From: Synergistota bacterium
GTDB taxonomy: Bacteria > Synergistota > GBS-1
Assembly: GCA_021159885.1 (NCBI GenBank)
Contig: JAGHDO010000057.1
Span: forward strand, 1,418-65,417
Length of the DNA: 64,000 bases
Direction of reading: 5' to 3'
The notes under the pieces were generated by a model. The model saw nothing but the letters and a program-made list of their open reading frames with translations, ran no database searches and was not told where the DNA came from. A program made the position numbers and the translations under genes. This document shows positions 23,741 through 33,442 of this stretch, one piece after another. Position 1 is the stretch's first letter. The number at the start of each line of letters is the position of its first letter.

Positions 23741-24820
23741 TTGATGGTTTCTCTTAAGGATGAGAAAGCCGAGATTAATGAGAAGGAAATCGAAAGAGTC
23801 AGTGAAGTAGCAAGGTATGCACTCCTTTTTGCCACTGATAAGAGATACTATATTCCTCTCACTCCTGAGAATTATGATAGATGCTATAGGATAGTTGAAA
23901 AGCTCTATGAAAGGGGAGAGCCCCTTACTTGGGAGAACTTTATAAGAGAGTGGGGAGGAGAGCTTCCCTCAAGCGATAAGGAGACCGTTTTAGCTAAGGC
24001 TTCTGCTAAGCTATACGCTGTTGCGGAAGAGCTCGCAAATCATGCTGAGTTGATGCACGGTGTTGGCAAGGATTTCGATACCACTATGGAAACATTTGCC
24101 GATGGTGTTAAAGGAGCGAGAGAAAGAAAGGACATTGCAATTGTGATAAGAGGTCTCCTTGAAGAAGTAGCTAAGGCGAGAAAAAGGGTAGATGAGTTAA
24201 CCAGGGAGCTTGAGGAATCTAAACGGCAGATAAGAGAGTTGAAGCAAGAACTGAAAAGGGTTCAGATGGAAGCTCTAACCGATAGGCTGACGGGGGCTTT
24301 AAATAGAGGAAGTCTTGAAACGATGGTTTCTTTGAATCTGAAAAGAAGGAGAAAAAATGGTGTACCGTTTTGCGTTGCCATATTTGATATAGATGACTTC
24401 AAGGAGATCAACGATACTCATGGTCATCTTTTTGGAGATGAGGTGCTTAAAAAAATCACCGAGGTTGTGAAGGGGAGTCTCTCTAACGGGGATCTTCTAT
24501 ACAGATATGGTGGGGACGAGTTCTGTATTCTTTTCCCTGGAAAAAATCTTGATGAATCCCTCGCTCTTATGGAGAGGGCAGCCTCAAACGTAAGGAAGAT
24601 ACCTTTTATAGGCCTCATGGGAAAACCCCTTAAGGTGAGCTTAAGCGTTGGCATAGCAGAGGCGAAGAGAGATGATACTCCTAAGGATCTCCTTCTTCGG
24701 GCTGATGAAGCCCTTTATTTTGCCAAAGAATCTGGTAAAAACACCATAAAAACCGACAAGGATGTTAGATCTAAGTCTTCGTGGAGGATAGACATAAGTT
24801 CACTCACCACAGTCGATTAG
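23741..24820 (+). CDS. Cytoplasmic coiled-coil diguanylate cyclase
   Basis: IPLTPENY N-terminus, coiled coil, DIDDFKEINDTHGH, GGDEF; no RxxD I-site. Confidence 0.92.
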   Translation: MMVSLKDEKAEINEKEIERVSEVARYALLFATDKRYYIPLTPENYDRCYRIVEKLYERGEPLTWENFIREWGGELPSSDKETVLAKASAKLYAVAEELANHAELMHGVGKDFDTTMETFADGVKGARERKDIAIVIRGLLEEVAKARKRVDELTRELEESKRQIRELKQELKRVQMEALTDRLTGALNRGSLETMVSLNLKRRRKNGVPFCVAIFDIDDFKEINDTHGHLFGDEVLKKITEVVKGSLSNGDLLYRYGGDEFCILFPGKNLDESLALMERAASNVRKIPFIGLMGKPLKVSLSVGIAEAKRDDTPKDLLLRADEALYFAKESGKNTIKTDKDVRSKSSWRIDISSLTTVD

Positions 24821-24923
24821 CTTTGTGCCTTTTACATAAAAATAGGGTTGTAGGACATTATGATTCCTTATGTTCTTACTTCGGCTGCCCTCCTATCGTG
24901 CCATACAAGCGCGGTGAAAGATA

Positions 24924-26477
24924 GTGGCTTTTGATGGAAGCGTTCTTAGGGGGATTCTGGGGGAGTTAGAGGAGAGTTTCTTGGGGAAGAGGATTAGATC
25001 TGTAAAATTGGATAAGAGGGGGGTTTTTCTGGAATTCAGCGGGGGAGTGGGGATATCAATTGCTCTCTCCCGCTCGTTTTCCTCCATTTTTGCTTCGGAT
25101 TCCCCTGTGGGCATAACCGATCAACCAGATCCTCCGTTTGTGCTTCTTCTAAGGAAACATCTCGTTGGAAGCGAGCTTATCCGCGTTTATCAGCATGAGT
25201 TTGATAGAGTGGCTTTTCTCCAGTTCGAAACGAGATATGCATCTCGCCTGGTTGAAAGAAGAAAACTGGCTTTAGAGCTTTTTCCTGGTAGGGCTAATGC
25301 TATTCTTTTGGAGGATGAGCGTATAGTTGTCTCCGCTTGGAAAGAAAAGGGGATGAAAAGCAGGTACTATCTACCACCAATTTCGCGCAGGGTGAACCCG
25401 CTTCTCTTCAGGAATATAGGAGAGCTTTCCATCGATAGGATTTCAGCGGTATTTCAGGGAACGAGTGAAAATCTGTTGGATTATCTTTCTTCGGGAAGTG
25501 TTTCGGAAAAATGGGAAAGCTGGATAAACGCTCTGGAAAAGAGAGCTTTTCTACCCGTTCTTTTCATTGCGGAGGAGGGCTTCCCTCTCGACTATTGGAT
25601 TCTGGATTATGACTTTCCAAGGGCAGCTGCTAAAGAGTCATTTGCTACTCTTTCGGAGCTTGTGAGGAGCTTTATGATCAGAAGGATGGAGTTTGAGGAG
25701 GAAGTCGAGTGGAGGAAAAGAAGGGAAAAAGAAAGAAGAGATAGGCTTAAATATCTTTTAAAAAAGAGGGATAAGCTTCTTGATGTTATTGAGCGTGAGG
25801 AGGAAGCAAGAAGACTTAAGCTTCTTGGGGAGATCATACTCGCCAACATAAGCTTTATTAAGAAGGGGGAGAGAGAAGCAAGTCTTCTTAATCCATACAC
25901 GGGTGAGCTTGAGACGATAAGGCTTGATCCCTCACTTTCACCTGCCATGAATGCTCAAAAGCTTTTTAAGGAAGCATCAAAGCTTAAGAGAGGGGTGAAA
26001 AAGGCGAGGGAGGAGCTTGCGAGGGTCGAGATGGAAATCGCAAAGCTCGACGCTATAGATGGCATTGAAAAAGTAACGAAGGAAAAGAGGGAGAAGAAAG
26101 AGCAAAAATCTTCTCTTCCCTTTAGGGAGTTCGATTACAAAGGTTGGAAGATCCTCGTTGGTAAGGGAGCGAAATCTAATGAGTTATTAACATTTAAGAA
26201 AGCATCACCGGAGGATATCTGGCTTCATGTTCGAGGATCTCCGGGAAGCCATGTGGTAGTGAGAAACCCGTGGGGATCCGAGCTTCCAGGAGATGTCTTA
26301 GAGTTCGCTGCTTCCTTGGCTGCTTATTATAGTAAGGCAAGGATGAATGCTAAAGTTCCTGTGGATTATACCCTGGTTAAGTATGTTAAAAGGCATCCCT
26401 CGGGAAAGAGAGGAGCGGTTCTTGTAAGAAACCAAAATACTATCTGGGTGAGACCAAGGAGCGGAGAAATCTCCTAA
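24924..26477 (+). CDS. rqcH: Ribosome quality control protein RqcH (Rqc2/FbpA/NFACT)
   Basis: MAFDG, LLRKHLVG, DRV, NAQKLFK, VGKGAKSNE, WLHVRGSPGSHV, AAYYSK, VDYT. Confidence 0.92.
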   Translation: MAFDGSVLRGILGELEESFLGKRIRSVKLDKRGVFLEFSGGVGISIALSRSFSSIFASDSPVGITDQPDPPFVLLLRKHLVGSELIRVYQHEFDRVAFLQFETRYASRLVERRKLALELFPGRANAILLEDERIVVSAWKEKGMKSRYYLPPISRRVNPLLFRNIGELSIDRISAVFQGTSENLLDYLSSGSVSEKWESWINALEKRAFLPVLFIAEEGFPLDYWILDYDFPRAAAKESFATLSELVRSFMIRRMEFEEEVEWRKRREKERRDRLKYLLKKRDKLLDVIEREEEARRLKLLGEIILANISFIKKGEREASLLNPYTGELETIRLDPSLSPAMNAQKLFKEASKLKRGVKKAREELARVEMEIAKLDAIDGIEKVTKEKREKKEQKSSLPFREFDYKGWKILVGKGAKSNELLTFKKASPEDIWLHVRGSPGSHVVVRNPWGSELPGDVLEFAASLAAYYSKARMNAKVPVDYTLVKYVKRHPSGKRGAVLVRNQNTIWVRPRSGEIS

Positions 26478-27339
26478 GATCTTGAGGTAAGGGGGAGGTG
26501 AAAGATAGCTTCTTTTCCGTGCATGGGTGGGAAAAAGCTAACTTGTAAGCGTGCAGAAACTGCCTTTTAAGCGAGGGGAGCTTACCTTCCCCGTAGACTT
26601 CGTCTCCAGCAATGGGATACCCTTGATAGGAAAAATGAACTCTTATCTGATGCGTTCTTCCAGTTTTTATCTGAACCTCTACCAGGGTGAATCCCTCATA
26701 TCTTTTAAGGACTCTGAAGAAAGTAATGGCTTCTTTTCCGCCGAGCGTTACTTTCATTTTCTTTCTATTAAAGGGATCTCTACCAATGGGGAGCTCTATT
26801 TTCCCCTCATCGAGAGGTAGATTCCCCAATAACAAAGCAAGATATCTTTTCTCAACCGTTCTTTCGGAAAACTGCTTAGAGAGGCTTTTATAGGCTAAAG
26901 GTGTCTTCGCTATAATGATTAGACCTGATGTATCCTTGTCAAGGCGATGAATGATACCAGGCCTTTCTGGTGAAGCCCCGGGCAGATTTCTATATCTCTT
27001 AAGCAGTAGGTTAACTATGGTATTTTCCTCACACCCTGGGGAGGGGTGAACCGCTATACCTGCTGGTTTATCAAGAACGAGAATGTCATCGTCCTCAAAA
27101 ACCACTGAAATGGGAATATCTTGAGGTTTTATAACTTTGTGCTTTGGCGGAAGCTCTGATATCTCTATTTCGTTTCCTTCTTTAACCTTGTAGCTCGGCT
27201 CCGCTTTGCATCCATTAACGATAATTTTGCCGCTTTCTATTAATTTTTTGGCTAAGGATCTCGATATCTCTTTTAGTTTTTCTGAGATCAGCTTGTCGAG
27301 TCTTTTTCCAGAATCTTCAGGGGTTACTCGTATCTTCAT
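26440..27339 (-). CDS. rluD: RluA/RluD family pseudouridine synthase
   Basis: S4 domain RLDK, KPAG, HRLDKDTSG, TGRTHQIRVH, LHA. Confidence 0.93.
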   Translation of the reverse strand: MKIRVTPEDSGKRLDKLISEKLKEISRSLAKKLIESGKIIVNGCKAEPSYKVKEGNEIEISELPPKHKVIKPQDIPISVVFEDDDILVLDKPAGIAVHPSPGCEENTIVNLLLKRYRNLPGASPERPGIIHRLDKDTSGLIIIAKTPLAYKSLSKQFSERTVEKRYLALLLGNLPLDEGKIELPIGRDPFNRKKMKVTLGGKEAITFFRVLKRYEGFTLVEVQIKTGRTHQIRVHFSYQGYPIAGDEVYGEGKLPSLKRQFLHAYKLAFSHPCTEKKLSFTSPLPQDLRRFLRSLVSPR

Positions 27340-27781
27340 CTCTCCATCCTTTGAAAAAGCTGATCAGAGCGAGTACGATTCCTATTGTTATCAAAGCATC
27401 AGCTACATTGAAGGTAGGCCAATAGGGGAGGTTTATGAAATCTACAACTCTTCCATATATAATCCTGTCTAATAGGTTTCCTATTGCGCCACTTACCAAA
27501 AATGCTCTTGAGGTTCTTGAAAGACGGTCTTTCGCTGGCAGAGAGTAAAGCAGAATTATAAATAGAGATGTGATGATTATCCATATCTTATTGCCCTTAA
27601 AGATTTTTATGCCAAAGGCCGATCCTTCGTTGAAGAGAAGCTTGAGCTTAATTAAACCGGAGAGGAGAGATATCTCTCCTCTCCGAAGCTCTTTTAAGGC
27701 AAGTAGCTTGGTTATTCTATCTATACCTATGCCTGAAGCGAGTATCCAAGCTTCCTTAATATGGATGCGCATCTCGGGCAT
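27317..27781 (-). CDS. lspA: Lipoprotein signal peptidase II
   Basis: NEGSAFG, GAIGNLLDR, VVDF, FNVAD; follows ileS. Confidence 0.95.
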   Translation of the reverse strand: MPEMRIHIKEAWILASGIGIDRITKLLALKELRRGEISLLSGLIKLKLLFNEGSAFGIKIFKGNKIWIIITSLFIILLYSLPAKDRLSRTSRAFLVSGAIGNLLDRIIYGRVVDFINLPYWPTFNVADALITIGIVLALISFFKGWRDEDTSNP

Positions 27782-30528
27782 GTGTCAGGAAATTCTTTAT
27801 CCTTGCCGGTATCTGGATGATACTGCCAGCAACGCTCACACTTTTTCCCCTCCGCCTTGAGAATTTTTACTTCGGTTCCGGTTTCTTCCTCATCTTTAAA
27901 GTCGAAATCATTTAATGGAGTTTTAGAAACTTCGACCTGTGAGACGATGAAGATATCAGCGAGTTCTTTCTCTGTAAAGCGCTTTTTGACTTTCTCATCG
28001 GGTATAAAGATTCTAATTTTCGCTTCGAGGGATGATCCTATGAGACCGTTTTGACGAGCCATTTCGAGTGCTTTATTTACTGCCTTTCTTACCTTTATTA
28101 GTCTTTCCCATCTTTCTTCAAGCTCCTCATCCATATACTTTTCCTCTACCTTGGGCCAGTTGCTCAAGTGAACGCTTTCCTCCCTTGTTTCAGGATCTGG
28201 CAAATGCTGCCATATTTCCTCCGCTGTGAAGCTAAGAAGAGGGGCAATCAGCTTGGATAGGGTAAGGACTATCTTGAATAGAACAGTTTGAGCGCTTCTT
28301 CTTTCTTTGGAGTCCGGAGGTAAGACATAAAGCCTATCTTTCAGTATATCGAGATAGAACGAGCTCATGTCGAGGACACAAAAATCGTGGATATAGTGAT
28401 ACGGAAGATGGAACTCATAGTGATCATATCCCCAAGTGACCCTCTTTATAAGATGTTGTAGGCGAAGTAGCGCCCATTTATCTATCTCAAGAAGCTCTTC
28501 ATAGGGGAGCGAATTCTTTGATGGAGAAAAGTCGTATAAGTTTCCGAGTATGAACCTTGCGGTATTTCTTATTCTCCTATAGGCTTCAACAAGCTGGTTG
28601 AGTATGCTTTCAGAGATCCTTACATCTACCCTATAGTCCGAGGAAGCAGCCCAAAGTCTTAGCAAATCTGCTCCGTATTTCTCTATGACCTCCTGGGGAT
28701 ATATCACGTTCCCCAGAGATTTTGACATCTTTCTTCCTTCACCATCGACTATGAAACCGTGCGTTAAAACGGATCTATACGGTGCTCTTCCCGTCACGGC
28801 TACAGAGGTTAAAAGCGATGTCTGAAACCAGCCTCTGTGCTGATCTGTCCCTTCAAGATACATATCTGCAGGCCATTTCAGATCCGGATCATCTTCTAAG
28901 ACTGCGAAGTGACTGGTTCCTGAGTCAAACCATACGTCCATGATGTCGGTTTCTTTTTCGAATCCTTCGGAGCTTCCGCAATGAGGGCATTTGAAGCCTT
29001 CACCCAATATTTCCTCTGGCGATTTTGAGAACCATGAGCTTGAACCCTCTCTCTCGAAGAGCCTTTTCGTTTTTTCTATAGTATCCTCAGTGATGATTTC
29101 TTTACCGCACTTCTTGCAATAAAAGGCAGGTATTGGGACTCCCCAGACTCTCTGTCTTGAGAGACACCAATCGGATCTGTCTCTAACCATGTTATAGATT
29201 CTGTTCTTTCCCCAGTCTGGGATCCATTCAACTTCATTTATCGCCTTTAAAGCTTCCTCCCTAAAGGCGCTAACGTTGATGAACCACTGAGGTGTGGCTC
29301 TGAATATAACTGGTTTTTTGCACCTCCAGCAGTGAGGATAGGAGTGGGTAATCTCATCCAAGTGAAGAAGAGTTCCATTTTCCCTCATGATATCTATTAT
29401 TTTCTTGTTAGCCTCGTCGTATCTAAGTCCCTCAAGAATAGGAATTTCCGATGTGAATCTTCCTTTGTCATCCAGTGGTGAGAATGGTTCAAGATTATAC
29501 CTTACTCCCATCTCATAATCCTCAGGTCCATGTCCGGGAGCAGAGTGAACACATCCCGTTCCTTCATCTAAGGTTACGAAATCGGCTAAAAGAAGAGGAA
29601 CTACTCTATCTAAAAAGGGATGGTGAACTTTAATATTCTCGAGCTCGCTTCCCTTAACCGTTCTTATCAGCTTGAGCTCCCTTCCTATTATTTTTTCCAA
29701 TCTCTCTTTCGTTTTAAGAGCTATAAGAAAAGCTTCCTTTTCATCTTCAAGGAGGGCATACTCATAGTTGGGGTGAAGTGCTATGGCTAAGTTAGCGGGA
29801 AGCGTCCATGGTGTGGTTGTCCATATGAGAATGCTTATAGGTTTATCCGTTGCTCCCTTGAAAAAGCTGGCAAGCTCGCCAGTATCTCTAAACTTAACAT
29901 ATATGGATGGGGATGTTTCATCCCAGTATTCAACCTCAGCTGCAGCCAAAGCTGTTTCACAGCTTGAGCACCAGAAAACAGGTTTTTTCCCCCTATAGAC
30001 ATATCCTTTAAGCGCGGTCTTCCCAAATATCTCAATTTGCTTAGCCTCATATTTGGGGTCCAATGTTATATATGGTCTTTCCCAGTGTCCCCTAACTCCC
30101 AGCCTTATGAATTCTTCCCTTTGCTTATTCACGAATTTAAGAGCATATTCTCTGCACATTTCTCTAAGCTTCACCGGCTCTATATCTTCCTTCCTTATCT
30201 TATTCGCTTTCAAAACCTGGTATTCAATGGGAAGACCGTGAGTATCCCAACCGGGCACGTAGGGTACATCGTATCCCCGCATAAATTTATACCTGTTTAT
30301 GAAGTCTTTGAGTATCTTATTGAAAGCGGTCCCTATGTGTATTGGACCATTAGCATAGGGAGGGCCATCGTGTAAAACGAACTTCTCGGCGCCTTTTCTC
30401 TTTTCTCTTGCCTTATCGTTGATTTTCCTTTCCTCCCAGAACTTTAAAATTTCCGGTTCCTTTTTCGGGAGGTTTGCTTTCATTGGGAATTTGGTCTTGG
30501 GAAGATTTAGGGTATCTTTATAATCCAT
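27727..30528 (-). CDS. ileS: Isoleucine--tRNA ligase (type 1)
   Basis: MDYKDTLNLPKT, HDGPPYANG, HIGT, WTTTPWT, DWCLSRQR, KMSKS, C-terminal CERC...CPRC. Confidence 0.99.
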   Translation of the reverse strand: MDYKDTLNLPKTKFPMKANLPKKEPEILKFWEERKINDKAREKRKGAEKFVLHDGPPYANGPIHIGTAFNKILKDFINRYKFMRGYDVPYVPGWDTHGLPIEYQVLKANKIRKEDIEPVKLREMCREYALKFVNKQREEFIRLGVRGHWERPYITLDPKYEAKQIEIFGKTALKGYVYRGKKPVFWCSSCETALAAAEVEYWDETSPSIYVKFRDTGELASFFKGATDKPISILIWTTTPWTLPANLAIALHPNYEYALLEDEKEAFLIALKTKERLEKIIGRELKLIRTVKGSELENIKVHHPFLDRVVPLLLADFVTLDEGTGCVHSAPGHGPEDYEMGVRYNLEPFSPLDDKGRFTSEIPILEGLRYDEANKKIIDIMRENGTLLHLDEITHSYPHCWRCKKPVIFRATPQWFINVSAFREEALKAINEVEWIPDWGKNRIYNMVRDRSDWCLSRQRVWGVPIPAFYCKKCGKEIITEDTIEKTKRLFEREGSSSWFSKSPEEILGEGFKCPHCGSSEGFEKETDIMDVWFDSGTSHFAVLEDDPDLKWPADMYLEGTDQHRGWFQTSLLTSVAVTGRAPYRSVLTHGFIVDGEGRKMSKSLGNVIYPQEVIEKYGADLLRLWAASSDYRVDVRISESILNQLVEAYRRIRNTARFILGNLYDFSPSKNSLPYEELLEIDKWALLRLQHLIKRVTWGYDHYEFHLPYHYIHDFCVLDMSSFYLDILKDRLYVLPPDSKERRSAQTVLFKIVLTLSKLIAPLLSFTAEEIWQHLPDPETREESVHLSNWPKVEEKYMDEELEERWERLIKVRKAVNKALEMARQNGLIGSSLEAKIRIFIPDEKVKKRFTEKELADIFIVSQVEVSKTPLNDFDFKDEEETGTEVKILKAEGKKCERCWQYHPDTGKDKEFPDTCPRCASILRKLGYSLQA

Positions 30529-30600
30529 TTCGTTCACCCCTCGCTTTAGTGGAAAATTGTAAGAAGCCTGAGCAAAATTATATCAAAAGGAATTACATAT

Positions 30601-30633
30601 AAAAAGAGGGGAAGAGTCTTTACTCTTCCCCTC
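30601..30633 (-). terminator. Intrinsic terminator after the peptide ABC operon
   Basis: GAGGGGAAGAGT-N4-ACTCTTCCCCTC with a T tract on the minus strand. Confidence 0.8.
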
Positions 30634-30668
30634 GTTCGTTTCGGGTTTTTAAAGCTGGGGAGGTTTCC

Positions 30669-32237
30669 TTAGTCCTCTATCCAAGCGTTTTTCACTATGA
30701 GAATTTCTATAGGCAATTCGACAACTCCGTGAACCTTCTTGCGATACCCTATAACATCTTTCTGAACGTGGAGGAAGATCCATGGGGCATCGTGGATGAT
30801 GATCTTCTGAGCCTTACGATATACCTCAGCTCTCTTCTTTGGATCTACCGTCTTCATACCTTCCTCGATTAACTTATCTACTTCCTTGTTGGAGTAGAAG
30901 GCTCTATTTCCGCCTATGGGAGCCCACATGTTAGTAGCGAAGAGCGGTCTTAATACCCAGTCTGCATCTCCAGTGGATGGAGCCCATCCCAGAAGGGCAA
31001 GCTCATGTGTGGCTTTATCTACAGGCTTGCGGAGTCTCGCTAAGTAAGTTGCCCAGTCTGCTGTCCACAACTTTGCTTTAATGCCTATGTTGCTTAAATA
31101 GCCTTGAACGGCTTCTGCAACCTTATAGTCCATGAGGTATCTTCCATGTGGGGTAGCAAGCTGGACTATAAACTTTTTCCCATCCTTTTCGAGGATACCG
31201 TCTCCATCGACGTCTTTCCATCCAGCTTCAGCGAGAAGCTTTTTCGCCTTCTCTGGGTCATAGGTATATTTCTTGATATCTGCATATCCCCAGGTTAGGG
31301 GAGCAAGAGGTCCATTTGCAGGCTCAGCTAATCCCTTCAGAATATTCTTGCATATTGCCTCTCTGTCTACCGCATAGTTAAGCGCTTGCCTTACACGAAC
31401 ATCCTTGAATATCTCCTTCTGAGTATTCATAAGTATATAGATTACCCTTAGGGATGGGGTTATGCTTACGACTATGTCTTTGTTTTTCTTAAGTCTGGGA
31501 ATATCAAATGGGGAAACCCTCTCGGCTATATCGAGCTCTCCAGTTTCGAGCATCATGGTTCTGCTCGTATCCTCAGGTATCGTCTTGAAAATAATCTTAT
31601 CTATCTTTGGCTTACCTTTCCAGTAATTTTTATTTGCAACGAGTGTTATGTGGTCTCCTGGAATCCACTCCTTGAAGATAAAGGGTCCTGTTCCCGATGG
31701 ATGATGCTTTATATCAGCGTTTTTATCTATGTATGTGGGGTCTAGTATAAGACCAGCACCGTGGGCTAAGTGATGCAGAAACGCACCGAAGGGTATTTTA
31801 AGTATAAACTGCACGGTGTACTTGTCTACCACCTTTATCTCCTTTATGAGTGGTTTATAAAGAGCTGTTCTCCTCAATCTCTTAGTTATTATGCGATCGA
31901 AGTTTTTCTTAACTGCGTAAGCGTCAAACTCAGCTCCACTGTGGAATTTAATTCCTTTTCTAAGATAGAACGTCCATACTAAGCCATCTTTTGAAACGGT
32001 CCACTTGTAAGCTAAGGCTGGCTTGATATTAAGATGCTCATCGAATTCTACCAAGCCGTCATAAATATGGCGGTTTACCTCTTCTGAGGGATTATCCGTT
32101 GCGTTTTGTGGATCTAAGGTAACGGGCTCTGCCCCCTGCCCCACAATTAACACTTTTTCTTTGGCGAGAGCAGGGAGTGCGATCAAGCCTGCCGCTATGA
32201 CCAAACCTAACACGACTATCCACGCTTTCCTCCTCAA
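30669..32237 (-). CDS. Peptide ABC transporter substrate-binding protein (family 5, GsiB/DppA-like)
   Basis: Signal peptide, TLDPQ, IYDGLV, GTGPF, VRQALNYAVD, YDPEKAK. Confidence 0.94.
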   Translation of the reverse strand: MRRKAWIVVLGLVIAAGLIALPALAKEKVLIVGQGAEPVTLDPQNATDNPSEEVNRHIYDGLVEFDEHLNIKPALAYKWTVSKDGLVWTFYLRKGIKFHSGAEFDAYAVKKNFDRIITKRLRRTALYKPLIKEIKVVDKYTVQFILKIPFGAFLHHLAHGAGLILDPTYIDKNADIKHHPSGTGPFIFKEWIPGDHITLVANKNYWKGKPKIDKIIFKTIPEDTSRTMMLETGELDIAERVSPFDIPRLKKNKDIVVSITPSLRVIYILMNTQKEIFKDVRVRQALNYAVDREAICKNILKGLAEPANGPLAPLTWGYADIKKYTYDPEKAKKLLAEAGWKDVDGDGILEKDGKKFIVQLATPHGRYLMDYKVAEAVQGYLSNIGIKAKLWTADWATYLARLRKPVDKATHELALLGWAPSTGDADWVLRPLFATNMWAPIGGNRAFYSNKEVDKLIEEGMKTVDPKKRAEVYRKAQKIIIHDAPWIFLHVQKDVIGYRKKVHGVVELPIEILIVKNAWIED

Positions 32238-32312
32238 GGAAGCTCACCTCCCATGTCTTTTTTGCTTCTGTCCTTCCCTCCCGCTTATTAACATTAGCTC
32301 GCTTAAACCTCT

Positions 32313-33425
32313 TTAGAAGACATCACCTCCTTTAAGTATTTTACCCTTGGAAATAACGCCCTTAAGATTAAATTCGTTGTCAAATACTAAAAGATCGGCA
32401 TCGGCTCCTTCCTCTATTCTACCTTTCATTTTCAAGCCTATTCTTTCAGCAGGGTTGGTTGAAAGAATTTTTAAGGCTTTTTCAAGGCCTATTAGCTCTT
32501 TCAATTTTAAAAATTCCTCAAATAGGGCTTTTGGAGAGGCTACAGCCATTTCAATTAGGTTGCCATTAGCGTCAAATCTTGGAAGGCTTCCACCAGAGTC
32601 CGAGCTTATTGTTATTTGGTCGAGTGAGGCTCCATTGTCAAGTAGGTATTTAACGCCATCCGCTGCTGAAAAATCCTTCGTGACTGCCGTTAGGTCAACG
32701 TATCCTCCTTCGAGACAGTATTTCAGTGCTTCTTTAAGGATTTCTTCGTCTCGATTCATATGGGTAGGGAGAAAGTGATACTTGGGTATATTGGTTCTCT
32801 TGAAAACCTCGCGTAGTATTCCCAGGGGATTGGGGAACTTGCCGGTATGAAGGTGAAGTATAGCTTTTTTCCCGCTGAGCATTCCAGCTACTCTTATCTC
32901 TGATGCTAACCTGATTAGCTCATCAACGGTTGGCCATGAAGAGCGATGATCTGAGATAGCCACTTCTCCTACTCCTATCACCTTTTCTATAGCTATTATA
33001 TCCATTGCCACGCTTCCGGTTATAGTCGGTGGAGGTATTTGATAAGAACCGCTGTATATGTATGTAGAAAGTCCCTGTAGCTCGAGGGCGTATGCCTTTT
33101 GAAGCAGCCCGAGCATGCTTCGCGTGTAACCGTCAGTTCCAAGTAAACCAATTGCTGTTGTTATGCCAGCGCTTATGATCTCGTCTATGGTAAGCTCCCT
33201 CGTTCTATTAATGGGGCTTCCCTCTCCGCCAGCTCCCGCGAAATGAACATGTAGGTCAACAAACCCCGGCGTTATGATGCTCTCGCCCAGATCAATGACT
33301 TTTATTTTAGGAATATTTACATCGATTTTTTCATCAATCCAATAGACTTTATCGAAGCTTATAAGAATATCCTTATTGCCCAGATCCTCGGGTGAGAATA
33401 CGCGCGCATTCTTGAGGAGTATCAA
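32313..33425 (-). CDS. iadA: Isoaspartyl dipeptidase (beta-aspartyl peptidase)
   Basis: DLHVHFAGAGGEG, GLLGTDG, GSY, GVGEVAISDHRSS, PTHMNR, SSDSGGSLP. Confidence 0.94.
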   Translation of the reverse strand: MILLKNARVFSPEDLGNKDILISFDKVYWIDEKIDVNIPKIKVIDLGESIITPGFVDLHVHFAGAGGEGSPINRTRELTIDEIISAGITTAIGLLGTDGYTRSMLGLLQKAYALELQGLSTYIYSGSYQIPPPTITGSVAMDIIAIEKVIGVGEVAISDHRSSWPTVDELIRLASEIRVAGMLSGKKAILHLHTGKFPNPLGILREVFKRTNIPKYHFLPTHMNRDEEILKEALKYCLEGGYVDLTAVTKDFSAADGVKYLLDNGASLDQITISSDSGGSLPRFDANGNLIEMAVASPKALFEEFLKLKELIGLEKALKILSTNPAERIGLKMKGRIEEGADADLLVFDNEFNLKGVISKGKILKGGDVF

Positions 33426-33442
33426 GTCTTATCCCTCCTTTT

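Noticed and set aside
26440-26477. Convergent 3' overlaps (rqcH/rluD; also NTPase/AIR-synthase-like at 48142-48184)
   Set aside because: Short tail overlaps are typical of compact genomes; no sign of a dedicated antisense function
30538-30600. Possible T-box leader for ileS
   Set aside because: Only about 60 nt are available and there is no T-box consensus; the nearby hairpin is the upstream operon's terminator
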